64,000 nt of DNA from Candidatus Latescibacterota bacterium (lineage in GTDB: Bacteria > Latescibacterota > UBA2968 > UBA8231), in NCBI GenBank assembly GCA_965197905.1, contig CBDAOB010000002.1, positions 1-64,000 of the forward strand, read 5' to 3'. A model generated the notes under the pieces. That model did not search any database. It worked only from the letters and a program-made list of their open reading frames with translations, and was not told the origin of the DNA. Of this stretch, positions 19,817-28,653 are shown piece after piece (position 1 is the first letter of the stretch; each line of letters opens with the position of its first letter). Both the position numbers and the translations under genes were made by a program.

Positions 19817-19839
19817 TCTTGCCTCTTGATCTTAGAGAA

Positions 19840-21444
19840 AGTGCCCTGCGGACTAAACAGACGCAGCGCAGGTGCCACGAGGACTCAAATCACGGTTGCG
19901 CGTAACGGACTGTGCGGCGCTGTTAACGGCAGCGGCCGCGAAGCTAACATTGCCTGCCTTCACCTCTGCGGGTGGCTCCGATTTAGAGAAGCACGACACT
20001 GGTAGGACCCTGTAACCGGGAGCCCGTAGAGTCGGAAGGACTTCGGCCGTTCCATCCCCTCTCAAAACAGGAGCACATTCTATGGCACTCATTGTTGGCA
20101 TCGATCTAGGACGCAAAAGCGCCCACGATGTGAGTATCCTACGGCAGGAAAACGCCGAGCAACTGGGACGCACCTTCCGTTTCTATTCGACGCCAACAGA
20201 TCTTGAAATGTTGTTTACACGTATTGAGGCGGTGCGGCAGGACGAAGAAGCTATCGCTTTTGTCATCGATGCCCCCGGAAAAGCCTGGATTCCTATTACC
20301 GCTGTCCTCAAGAGCCCCGGCTTCCCCGTCTATCGGCCTTCTTCCTACCGCGTGCGCCGATTGCGGCAGGCCGGACATCGAAAAAACAAAACCAACCGCA
20401 TCGATGCATTGACCCTGGCGCGCTGCCTGCTCACCTATCCCCAAGATACGCAGGAAGTCTTCCTCCCCCAAAAAATATCAGCCCAGCTCGACCAGTTGGT
20501 GCGTCAGTGCGATCGCATCGTCGATGCGCAAAGGCGCCGCAAACAGCGTATCCAGGATCTCTGCGAGCAGATCAATCCTTATCTCACCACAGCCGCAAGG
20601 GGGTTTCTGCTCACCGAAGCCGGACGCGCCTTCCTGCGCACCTACCTCGATCCCCGAGGCGCCGTCCGATTAGGCAAAAAACGCTGGGCTCTGTTTCTGC
20701 AAAAACGCTATCGACTCCAACTCGATGAAAACATCCTCGATGCCATATACGCTTCTTGCAAGGACGCCACCGAGCTCTACAAGCCCGTACGCAAGGTGGG
20801 ACTGATGCCCTTCAACGAAGAAATCCTCCAGGAGGAAATGCAGTGGGAAATAGACCAGCTAGAACGTGAGGAAGCGCGCATCCTACTCCTGGAACGCCAG
20901 ATCAAACAATGCAATCAAACGTTAGATCCACAGGAGTCTTTTCTCTCCCTACCTGGCGTCCAGCACACCATCGCGGCAGGACTGCGCACATGCATTGGCG
21001 ACATCGATCGCTTTAATAGCCTCACCAAACATCGAGGCTTTGGAGGCTTATACCCATCCGTGAGTAAAACCGGCAACGACGACTCGGCACCCATGCCGAT
21101 CTCAAAAATGAGCTGCAATCGCTACAAGCGATACCTCTACCTAGCCGCTGAAAACGCCTACAAATAGGACGTTGACTGTGCCGCCTTCTACCACAAGCGA
21201 AGAAGCCGAGGTCATACACACAAACAGGCCGTCTGTGCGGTCGCCAACTCAAAACTCTTACCGCGAATACACCAACTCCTAAAAAAGCTCAAACAAGCAG
21301 AAAACTCGGGCACCCATAGACCCTACTACGTATTCAGAGATCTACAAGGAAATCCAATCAGCAAAACAGAAGCAAAGGCGATCATCACCGCTAAATGGGG
21401 CCACCTCAAATACGGGAAAAAAGGACTTGCAACGGCTTAGAGAA
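19840..21444 (+). mobile_element. IS110-family element abutting an attC R'' core; left end uncertain (19840 or ~19944)
   Basis: Right junction CTTAGAGAA|TGTTAAATGAC; CTTAGAGAA also at 19831-39. Confidence 0.75.
20082..21440 (+). pseudogene. IS110 recombinase with premature TAG at 21165-21167
   Basis: VGIDLG, KTNRIDA, SLPGV, LYLAA; frame continues ...FYHKRRSRGHTHKQAVCAVAN to 21440. Confidence 0.85.
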
Positions 21445-21497
21445 TGTTAAATGACGTTGGACTGTCGCAACGCACAACGATTGACGAGTCAGACTTC

Positions 21498-22184
21498 CTA
21501 ACAACGTTTTCGGAGCACGTACTCTTGCCGGTTGAAGTCTGTCATCTCTACAACGTGCACACCACTACCTAAGTGTCGGACGATCTCTCCGTCCTTCAGC
21601 ACGGCGCACCCGGCCTGGTCCAAGCCAAGACCCAAGACGGTCCGCGTACAAGACATCGCAGCCAGAACATGGGGTAAGGCATTCCACTCGCTGAAATGCA
21701 CTCCGACAATCAAGTCCTCGATCAATCCTAGCCCTGGCCTCAGCGAGACAGATTCGGCGCCGGTGTCTTCTGGAGGAATGGCACACACAGAAGGGAGCAT
21801 CAGTGCGCCAGCCGAAACGCCACCAACCGGAACCCCGTCAAGAAACTTGTCGCAGATGACACTGCCAATTCCCTCCGGCCCATACATCGCCGGATAAACT
21901 GGCGTCTTACCTCCACAGATGAATATCCCAGCACTGTGTGCAATCTTGCGCTCCGCCCCGTCTTGATCCAGACCGCCCTTCCCGTCTCCCATAATCACGC
22001 TGACCTCGCCAGCACCACCGCGATTTAATGGCTCGGTATACTCCTTGAGATAGAGGTGGCTTCGGTCTCCTCCCTGCATGAGGATAGCAACACGGGCCGA
22101 CCTGCCCCCACACTCCTCGGCAAACTCTCGCAGCGCACAAGGCAGCGCAGCGCTCCCTCCCATCAAGTAGGTAATCCCTGACAT
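21498..22184 (-). CDS. Cyanophycinase/peptidase S51-like protein
   Basis: LMGG, IFICGG, GVSAGA, GLGL...VHFSE, GLGLD. Confidence 0.8.
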   Translation of the reverse strand: MSGITYLMGGSAALPCALREFAEECGGRSARVAILMQGGDRSHLYLKEYTEPLNRGGAGEVSVIMGDGKGGLDQDGAERKIAHSAGIFICGGKTPVYPAMYGPEGIGSVICDKFLDGVPVGGVSAGALMLPSVCAIPPEDTGAESVSLRPGLGLIEDLIVGVHFSEWNALPHVLAAMSCTRTVLGLGLDQAGCAVLKDGEIVRHLGSGVHVVEMTDFNRQEYVLRKRC

Positions 22185-22255
22185 TCCTAACGCCGATGCA
22201 CAGCTATCTGCTCCCTGTAGACGGCAGCGACCTATCTCTCATGTCATCCAATGTC

Positions 22256-22338
22256 ATTTAACGTTCTCGCCGTGCCCGAACCGCGAAAGCGGTTGCGCGA
22301 AGGGCGAATGCCCGAAGCCGGGTCACGGCGTGTTAGGC
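22256..22338 (-). other. attC site (family B)
   Basis: ATTTAAC...GTTAGGC. Confidence 0.88.
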
Positions 22339-22354
22339 GAAGAACAACGGAGAA

Positions 22355-22726
22355 TTACATTTGCCAACGGCTAGCGTAGGCTCCTCGAAAGTTCAGAGGC
22401 GGCGACGTGACTGACATGTAGATAAAGGGTTGTGTACCCGCATTCACACAACCATGAGGGTCGCCGTCCTCGAATCGAACCACATCGCCCGCGGAGAATA
22501 TTTCCTCCTTGTCGTCTTCTAAAATCAAACGCCCACAGCCCTCTAAGGCGATCCACACTTGCTCTGAAGTTTTGTGGCGATGTATAGGCTGCTTCACTCC
22601 GGGTGGAATCGTTACGTGCGTGACGGTGACCCTTTCAGATGACGAGTTCTCGGAAAACAGGAGTTGAAGGGACTCCACGCCGGAATTACTCAGCACTGGA
22701 ATCTCTGAGGATCGAATCAGTTCCAT
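22355..22726 (-). CDS. Cupin domain protein
   Basis: HRHKTSEQVW...GDVV...HGCVN. Confidence 0.85.
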   Translation of the reverse strand: MELIRSSEIPVLSNSGVESLQLLFSENSSSERVTVTHVTIPPGVKQPIHRHKTSEQVWIALEGCGRLILEDDKEEIFSAGDVVRFEDGDPHGCVNAGTQPFIYMSVTSPPLNFRGAYASRWQM

Positions 22727-22750
22727 TCAATATCTCCCATATTGTTTTTC

Positions 22751-22831
22751 GCATAACGATTTCGCCGTGCCCGAGCCGCGGAGCGGTTTCGCGAAGGGCG
22801 TAGCCCGAAGCCGGGCACGGACGTGTTATGT
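22751..22831 (-). other. attC site (family B)
   Basis: GCATAAC...GTTATGT. Confidence 0.88.
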
Positions 22832-22859
22832 GCTGGCAGCGTCTCAGGTGCAATCTCCA

Positions 22860-22887
22860 TTGACTATTCGACTTCCTCCGATATCTT
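22860..22887 (+). promoter_or_regulatory. Putative sigma70 promoter of the inverted cassette gene
   Basis: TTGACT-N16-TATCTT, 40 bp upstream of ATG 22928. Confidence 0.45.
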
Positions 22888-22927
22888 GCCGCTAAGGACC
22901 CGATCTAGAATATGACGAGGCCAACGC

Positions 22928-23726
22928 ATGGAAGATTACGGCCCAATCAGAGCATTATACTATGATGCCAACTCAGCAGGTTCCTCTTGGGGAGGTTTCG
23001 AGTTCTACATGGAACAGGCCAGACGCTGCTCATCCGAGTGCTTAGAGTTGGTGCGGGACCGGCCGAATAGCCATACCGATCGCTCAGGCCGGTATCTCCG
23101 TGACTGGCCTGGACTCCTCGCCACATATGTTAGAAATAGCGAAGAAGAAGGTTCATCAACTGCCTCCTCAGGATAGGGATCGCATCACACTAGTCGAGGG
23201 AAGCATGACCGAGTTCGATCTCAACAAGGAGTTTGAACTCGTGATCATCCCGGCTCGGTCCTTCAACCATGTCTTGACCTCTGAGGAACAAGCAAGAACC
23301 TTCGATTCAGTCTTCTCCCATCTCCGGCCACAGGGCCGTCTAATCCTCGACATATTTGGCGCTTCCCGCGAGCATCCCAGGGAAGATATCTCTTCTACAG
23401 AGATGTCTCCTACACTAGAGAAGGGCAGAGAATTTCTAAATCCCGTCACAGGCAATCGCGTGTTGTCATTCGGAGGACTGTCCGCCCGCGATGTAGAGAA
23501 ACAGACAGAGTCATACGCTCAAGTGTTCGAGGAAGTTGATGAAGACGGCAAATCACTAGAGGAGTTTCGTGCTGGATTCCGAATTCGATACACGTTCCCC
23601 GATGAGATGGAGAAACTCCTTGTGGAGTGCGGCTTCGAAATAGAAAGCACTTTCTCAGATTACCCCGGACGCCCTCGTGGCGAGAGGAGTGACGGTGATC
23701 AGATTTGGATCGCCGTGAAGCCTTGA
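22928..23726 (+). pseudogene. Class I SAM methyltransferase, inverted relative to array, frameshift near 23050
   Basis: CLEL / CGTGRIAIPIAQAGISVTGLDSSPHML split across frames; HLRPQGRLILD. Confidence 0.8.
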
Positions 23727-23743
23727 ACCTCGCACCTGCTGGC

Positions 23744-23831
23744 ACATAACGATTTGCTGATTACCGAACGCCGAATGGCGTTGCCGAAGGCCAAGCCGCC
23801 GGGGCGGCGCAGCGGTAATCGGGTGTTATGT
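23744..23831 (-). other. attC site (family A)
   Basis: ACATAAC...GATTACCG...CGGTAATC...GTTATGT. Confidence 0.9.
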
Positions 23832-23860
23832 GACGTGAACCTTACCCCTGCCGGTAGGTG

Positions 23861-24322
23861 CTATGATTTTGAATAGGGCCGATCTTCGATGTAAAAGACC
23901 TTGTGACCGACATTCTCCTCAAATCCGACCTCTTCGAAGAATGGCGATTCACAGTTAGCACCGTAGGCAGTAATGAATGTGCAGCCAAGGGATTCCAAGT
24001 GGTTCCTAAGTAGCTTCGCCATTTTGCCCCCAATTCCGTGTAGATCACCCTCCATGAGGGAGCCGTTCTTATGGGGAGTTTCTCCTTGCAATCGAAGATC
24101 CAGAGAGAATTCCCACAAGTGCGCAGACAAACCGTCAAAACTAGCTCTAACTATCCCTAGTAGCTCTGCGCCTTCAAAGGCGGCGATCACCTCCTGGGGG
24201 TACTCTAGAACTGTGGTTGCCGTTTCTTTGCCAAACCCGACCTCACAAATATTGTTGCGCGAGTAGAAATCCCAGAGATCATATGCACGGATGGGTGGAT
24301 TGACCGATATCTCAACTGACAT
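23861..24322 (-). CDS. GNAT-fold protein
   Basis: LLGIVRASFDG, GIGGKM, FFEEVGF. Confidence 0.6.
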   Translation of the reverse strand: MSVEISVNPPIRAYDLWDFYSRNNICEVGFGKETATTVLEYPQEVIAAFEGAELLGIVRASFDGLSAHLWEFSLDLRLQGETPHKNGSLMEGDLHGIGGKMAKLLRNHLESLGCTFITAYGANCESPFFEEVGFEENVGHKVFYIEDRPYSKS

Positions 24323-24367
24323 TGTTCAGACCTGTGCGAGAGCACTCATCTTGTCAAAATTCATGTC

Positions 24368-24406
24368 ACATAACGTTTCGCCGGTTTGCGAACCGCGCTG
24401 TTAACT
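24368..24406 (-). other. Internally deleted 39-bp attC
   Basis: ACATAAC GTTTCGC CGGTT TGCG AACCG CGCT GTTAACT. Confidence 0.75.
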
Positions 24407-24413
24407 GACGTTG

Positions 24414-24896
24414 TTAGAACACCTGAAATTCGGCCATAAACGGTGGCCAATATCCAAGAAAAGCCATGGGGTTGTACACGAGAAGCGCAAGCAAGACTAA
24501 CTCCCCTAATGCGAAAAAGGCCAAACTATAGTTCCACTTCAGCGAATCCAGAAAGAAAGCACAAGCGGGCCACGTACATGACTGGCATAGAAGGTTCGCA
24601 AGTCTGGACAAGAGGAAAAAATGTAGCGTGCTCCCAGTGTTGTCGTATCGCTGATCGATGGCGAAAGCAACCGGATAAAGCGATAGTGCAGCGACTGCCA
24701 ATGGATAGCCGAGTCGTCTCTTGAGCGGGCTCCCAGTGACGTACTTGGATCCAAAGAAATAAATCCGGCCAACGCGTGCCCAATCGATACTGTTTGTGTC
24801 CGGCTGAAGCGCAAGGAGCCGAGCTATGGACATGATCGTTGCCGTCAATACGACGAAGCCTGCCGCAACGAGGACTAGACCAACAAGAAAACTCAT
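24414..24896 (-). CDS. Hypothetical membrane protein
   Basis: Several hydrophobic segments; fills cassette. Confidence 0.55.
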   Translation of the reverse strand: MSFLVGLVLVAAGFVVLTATIMSIARLLALQPDTNSIDWARVGRIYFFGSKYVTGSPLKRRLGYPLAVAALSLYPVAFAIDQRYDNTGSTLHFFLLSRLANLLCQSCTWPACAFFLDSLKWNYSLAFFALGELVLLALLVYNPMAFLGYWPPFMAEFQVF

Positions 24897-24928
24897 GAGC
24901 GACTGTGCAGAAACAATCTCACAATGTC

Positions 24929-25011
24929 AGTTAACGTTCTCGCCGTGCCCGAACCGCGAATGCGGTTGCGCGAAGGGCGTTAGCCCGAAGCCGGGCACGG
25001 ACGTGTTAGGC
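24929..25011 (-). other. attC site (family B)
   Basis: AGTTAAC...GTTAGGC. Confidence 0.9.
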
Positions 25012-25030
25012 GAAGGCGCAGACTCTCGAT

Positions 25031-25921
25031 TTATCTCTCTTGGTCCCGTCTGAGGTTCTTGATACCGTAAAGGTAGTCCATCATTTTATGCTCAAGTTCT
25101 ATTGGATAGGTGTAATCCAGACTCGAGCCAACGGTCTCCGCCAGCCTCTTGAAAAGCTCAATAGTCTTGAACAAGGCGTTCCAGTTTTGGTCTACGTCTG
25201 CACCTGCATAAGTTGACTCGAGCTCAATCCACGTCGACTCGTCCAGATATCTCCTAAACTTCCTGCCGAAGACACCAGGATTCACGCTCCAACAGTGTTG
25301 GGTGCCAATGTACCACTCAATCATCGGTTGCAGCTTCCTAATCCGCAGGTTTGAATCAAACTCGTACTTCGCATAGAAAAACTCACCTCTCCAAAGGCAC
25401 TTCGCGACGTAGGTGGTGGTCCACCAGAACCTGTGAATAAGCTCCTGGAATTCTTCCGCCGTTGGTTTTTCAGTGAAGTAGGCTTGATTTGTGGCCGGAT
25501 CTGGATCAACTACCTCGTGATCCTTGTCTACCAAAACCCGGTATCCGACCTCGTAGTGAGGCAGCAGGGGCTTTTGATTCAGTCGTTTCATGGAGGCAAC
25601 TGTAGAGATCTGGCAGTCCACCTTCAACCCATCGTCGAAAATCGCGAGCCGCGTCACCCAACCATCCGCCTCACTCGGCTTGTACGGCCAGACGATCAAG
25701 ACCGATCCGAAAACCTCGAGCCACTTGTCCCCCTCCAAGATCGGATCAAGACCTCGAACGTATAGTTCGATGTCATAGTCTGACAGCGCATCAGTCGAAG
25801 AATCGTTCCTGGCATGTGAACTAGTGAGGACTGCACCTCGGACCTCGTCAGTTCTGGTTGCCCAACTCTCGAAGTCAGCAAGGAATGACTCCTTCCGGGC
25901 TCTATAGGTCGCGTTCAACAT
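25031..25921 (-). CDS. Aminoglycoside 6-adenylyltransferase (ANT(6)/AadK-like) family protein
   Basis: TSSHAR...DALSDYDIELYV, YRVLVDKD, KPT.EEF...FWW..TYVAKCLWRGE. Confidence 0.85.
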   Translation of the reverse strand: MLNATYRARKESFLADFESWATRTDEVRGAVLTSSHARNDSSTDALSDYDIELYVRGLDPILEGDKWLEVFGSVLIVWPYKPSEADGWVTRLAIFDDGLKVDCQISTVASMKRLNQKPLLPHYEVGYRVLVDKDHEVVDPDPATNQAYFTEKPTAEEFQELIHRFWWTTTYVAKCLWRGEFFYAKYEFDSNLRIRKLQPMIEWYIGTQHCWSVNPGVFGRKFRRYLDESTWIELESTYAGADVDQNWNALFKTIELFKRLAETVGSSLDYTYPIELEHKMMDYLYGIKNLRRDQER

Positions 25922-25940
25922 GAGAACCTAAAGCGCTTTC

Positions 25941-26026
25941 GCCTAACGATTTCGCCTTGCCCGAACCGGCGTAGCCGGTTGCGCGAAGGCGCCTCAGCGC
26001 CGAAGCCGGGCATGGACGTGTTATCT
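25941..26026 (-). other. attC site (family B, GGGCATGG variant)
   Basis: GCCTAAC...GTTATCT. Confidence 0.9.
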
Positions 26027-26313
26027 GTTGGCGTTGCACAATATAGCAAACCGCGCGAGCGGGGTTGGGGTGGTGAGGGGCCATGGCCGCACAGGGGAGG
26101 AGCGGGGTCTTGAACGAAAAGGCCACAACGGGGAGCGGAAGGGCGGTGAGTCATCAATGAGCACCTCGACACAGGCTCCACTCCGGGGGCACATCGGCCA
26201 TGGAAGAGTCGACCGAAGAGATGTCTTTTATGTATCTGTCTTCGAACGGCGGTCGAAATTCTTCACTCAATTGGCCGATTTTCGCCACTCCAATATTTTC
26301 GCCTTCAGATAAC
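26020..26313. other. Gene-less cassette 2
   Basis: GTTATCTG / CAGATAAC complementary ends; homologous to 18943-19235. Confidence 0.8.
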
Positions 26314-26378
26314 TTGCTCTCGCCGATTGCCGAACTCGCGAAGCGGTTGCCGCAGGCCAAGACTTCCTATAACCGATG

Positions 26379-27608
26379 TCAAGCGAAAACGGGTTCGGTT
26401 GGTTCTTGCCGTGCGATGTTCAGCAGGTGATAGGTTTCATCGTACGGGACCGCGTCGCGCCACATGAAGTAAATAATCTTAAGCCATTTCGATCCCAACG
26501 CCCTTAAGGCCCGTTGGTGACTCCGTCCTAGGTTTCGTTGTCGTTCATAGTAGGCTCTTGCCCATTCGCTGCTTCTCAAGGAAATCATGGCTATCCAGTT
26601 TATGGCATAGCGCATCACCTTGTTGCAGGCATAGCGAAACTGGACCCGTTCATATTTGCCGCTTTTCTGCGTCACCGGCGTGGTGCCCGCCTGCGCTTGC
26701 AGATGGCGGAACGAGGTCCAACGTTCAGGCGCATCGCCTAATTCAGCCAAAAGAGTCGGAAGGATCGTTCCCGACTTCCCGCCGGGCAAACTCATGGCCC
26801 ATTGGGAAGATGGCAGATCTGCAAATGCTTGTTCGATTTCCCGTTTATACGTTTTGATGGCGGCAGCCTGAGTCTGTAATTGTGCCACCAACACCAGCAT
26901 CATTCTCGACCGAGCCCGCACAACGTGATGAGGAATGGCAATCTGCGGGCTATGGAGAAGGTCCCATAGCTGGGCCGTTCGTGCCGCATTCAAGCGGTGG
27001 CTCCGAGCAAAGTCCTGCCACTGTTGTTTGGTCAGCCGTTTCAGCTCACCAGGCGTAGGATACGCCTGCAGGAAATCAAGGGCCGTCCCACTGGCCATTT
27101 CCTCATAGGCCTCGAGGGAGCGGGGATAATATTCTTTCAACGTAGCCTTTAGTTGATTGATCCATCGCGTCTGCTGACGTACCAACTTTTGATAGTCTCG
27201 TGTCAGCATTTTCAGCTCGGCAGCTGCCGACGAGTTGGGCGTTAGCGGATGAAGATGGTTATGGTCTGTGCGGAGAAATTCCGCCAATACACACGCATCA
27301 AACGGATCGCTCTTAGACCGACTCACCCGGAAGCGATCTCGAGCCCGATCCAAGGCCTTGGGATTGATCGGATAAACCAAAACATCGTGATCTAACAAGA
27401 AGTCGATCATCCGTCCCTCGGGTTTCTCAATGGCAGCCCACAACAAAATCCCCTCAGCTCGACACTCGTATAACCACCGGCCGAATTCACTTAGGCTTTC
27501 CGACGTGTTACTTATCACCCGCTGAGTAATCCGCTTGCCGTTGTCCTCAACGACACAAACATCATGCGTCTGGTCGGACCAATCTACTCCCAAAATGTAG
27601 TGCTGCAT
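26379..27608 (-). CDS. IS110-family DEDD recombinase
   Basis: LGVDWS, AIEKP, SKSDPFDA, SLPG, AGTTPVTQKSGK. Confidence 0.93.
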   Translation of the reverse strand: MQHYILGVDWSDQTHDVCVVEDNGKRITQRVISNTSESLSEFGRWLYECRAEGILLWAAIEKPEGRMIDFLLDHDVLVYPINPKALDRARDRFRVSRSKSDPFDACVLAEFLRTDHNHLHPLTPNSSAAAELKMLTRDYQKLVRQQTRWINQLKATLKEYYPRSLEAYEEMASGTALDFLQAYPTPGELKRLTKQQWQDFARSHRLNAARTAQLWDLLHSPQIAIPHHVVRARSRMMLVLVAQLQTQAAAIKTYKREIEQAFADLPSSQWAMSLPGGKSGTILPTLLAELGDAPERWTSFRHLQAQAGTTPVTQKSGKYERVQFRYACNKVMRYAINWIAMISLRSSEWARAYYERQRNLGRSHQRALRALGSKWLKIIYFMWRDAVPYDETYHLLNIARQEPTEPVFA

Positions 27609-27624
27609 CCAAATCTCCTTCTTG

Positions 27625-27845
27625 CTTTCATCAAGAAGCTCGACCGGAAAGGTTGGCCTTATATCGGTCCTCGGAGGGACGACTTCCTATTGAACCTTTC
27701 AACTCCGATCTCAATGCCGGGCGGGACAGTCTTGGCCAGATCCTCAGCGGGATGAGGCGCGAATGGTCCTCTACCCAGAATGCTCCTCAAATAGATTCAG
27801 TGTCGATTCAACGATACTGAATCGCAAGAAACATTTCCCCTTGCG
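27625..27845 (-). ncRNA. Putative bridge RNA
   Basis: Minus strand: target guides CGCGCCT (27761-55)/GGCCAAG (27737-31); donor guides ATAGGAAGTC (27690-81)/GATATAAG (27665-58); ends approximate. Confidence 0.85.
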
Positions 27846-27874
27846 GGTGATATAAGGCGCGGCTAGCGCCGCAG

Positions 27875-28623
27875 GTAGGGTCGAGAACTGGCGCGCCAGC
27901 CTTAGGGTTCGGTGGGTTCCCCATGGCTTTCGCCATAGCCCTCAGTCCGACTCCCATCGCTACGTTTCCAGTTCCCGCCGCCTCAAACCGGACGTGCGGA
28001 TCTCCCGCATCCGGCTTCCCGACGAACGTCACATCCAGGCACACGCCACAAGGACTTCACCTGGTAGTCAAGCTGCTTCCGATGCATACTAGTCTTACTG
28101 CTGGAGGCAATAGGCTCACGCCACTCTCCAACCCTCTGCACTTCCGCAGCATGTCCGAAGTCAGGCCCCTTCCCTCCACCGGAGTTACCCGGCTTCCTCG
28201 GTACTACGCGCCTGTCCGCCACCTCATCCAGCCCAGTCTGGCCCTCGCGGGTTACCGGTTGGAGGCACTCGCTGCTTCCACCGGATGAGGCTTCCCGTGT
28301 TGCGCCACATCTCCTCTTACACACATGCTGTCGCCACTACCCCGGCGGAACAGCTGGGTGCGCTTGTCGCTCGACTTCCCCAGCTGCAGCGGCCTTCCCT
28401 GGTTTACGGGCAGGTCGGCTTCCGCATTACACTTTTCGAGGCCTGCTCAGCGTTTACTCACGTTACGGCCTGTGTGCTCGCCAAGTCGCCCAAGGCGACC
28501 CTCTACACCGGAGGCTTCAGCGGCTTCGTCGCCTCCACCACTGCTCCGATTGCTACCGGCTGGAGCGACCCTTGCCGGGTGGGATTCGCACCCACTGAAG
28601 ATGTGCGCCTTAGCACGGCGCAC
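27875..28623 (-). mobile_element. ORF-less group II intron, copy 4 (749 nt)
   Basis: Same sequence and ends as copy 1. Confidence 0.93.
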
Positions 28624-28653
28624 CGAAAACCGGGTGTTATGAGAAGTGTCTAC

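Larger units (their letters stand above)
26361..27855 (-). mobile_element. IS110-family element inserted in the attC internal linker GGCCAAGGCGCG
   Basis: AAG at both junctions (26359-61, 27854-56); removal restores GGCCAAGGCGCG. Confidence 0.9.
26307..28642 (-). other. attC site carrying both an IS110 and intron copy 4; arms mismatched (probable hybrid)
   Basis: GATTGCCG...GGCCAA|IS|GGCGCGGCTAGCGCCGCAG|intron|CGAAAACC GGGT GTTATGA. Confidence 0.8.
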
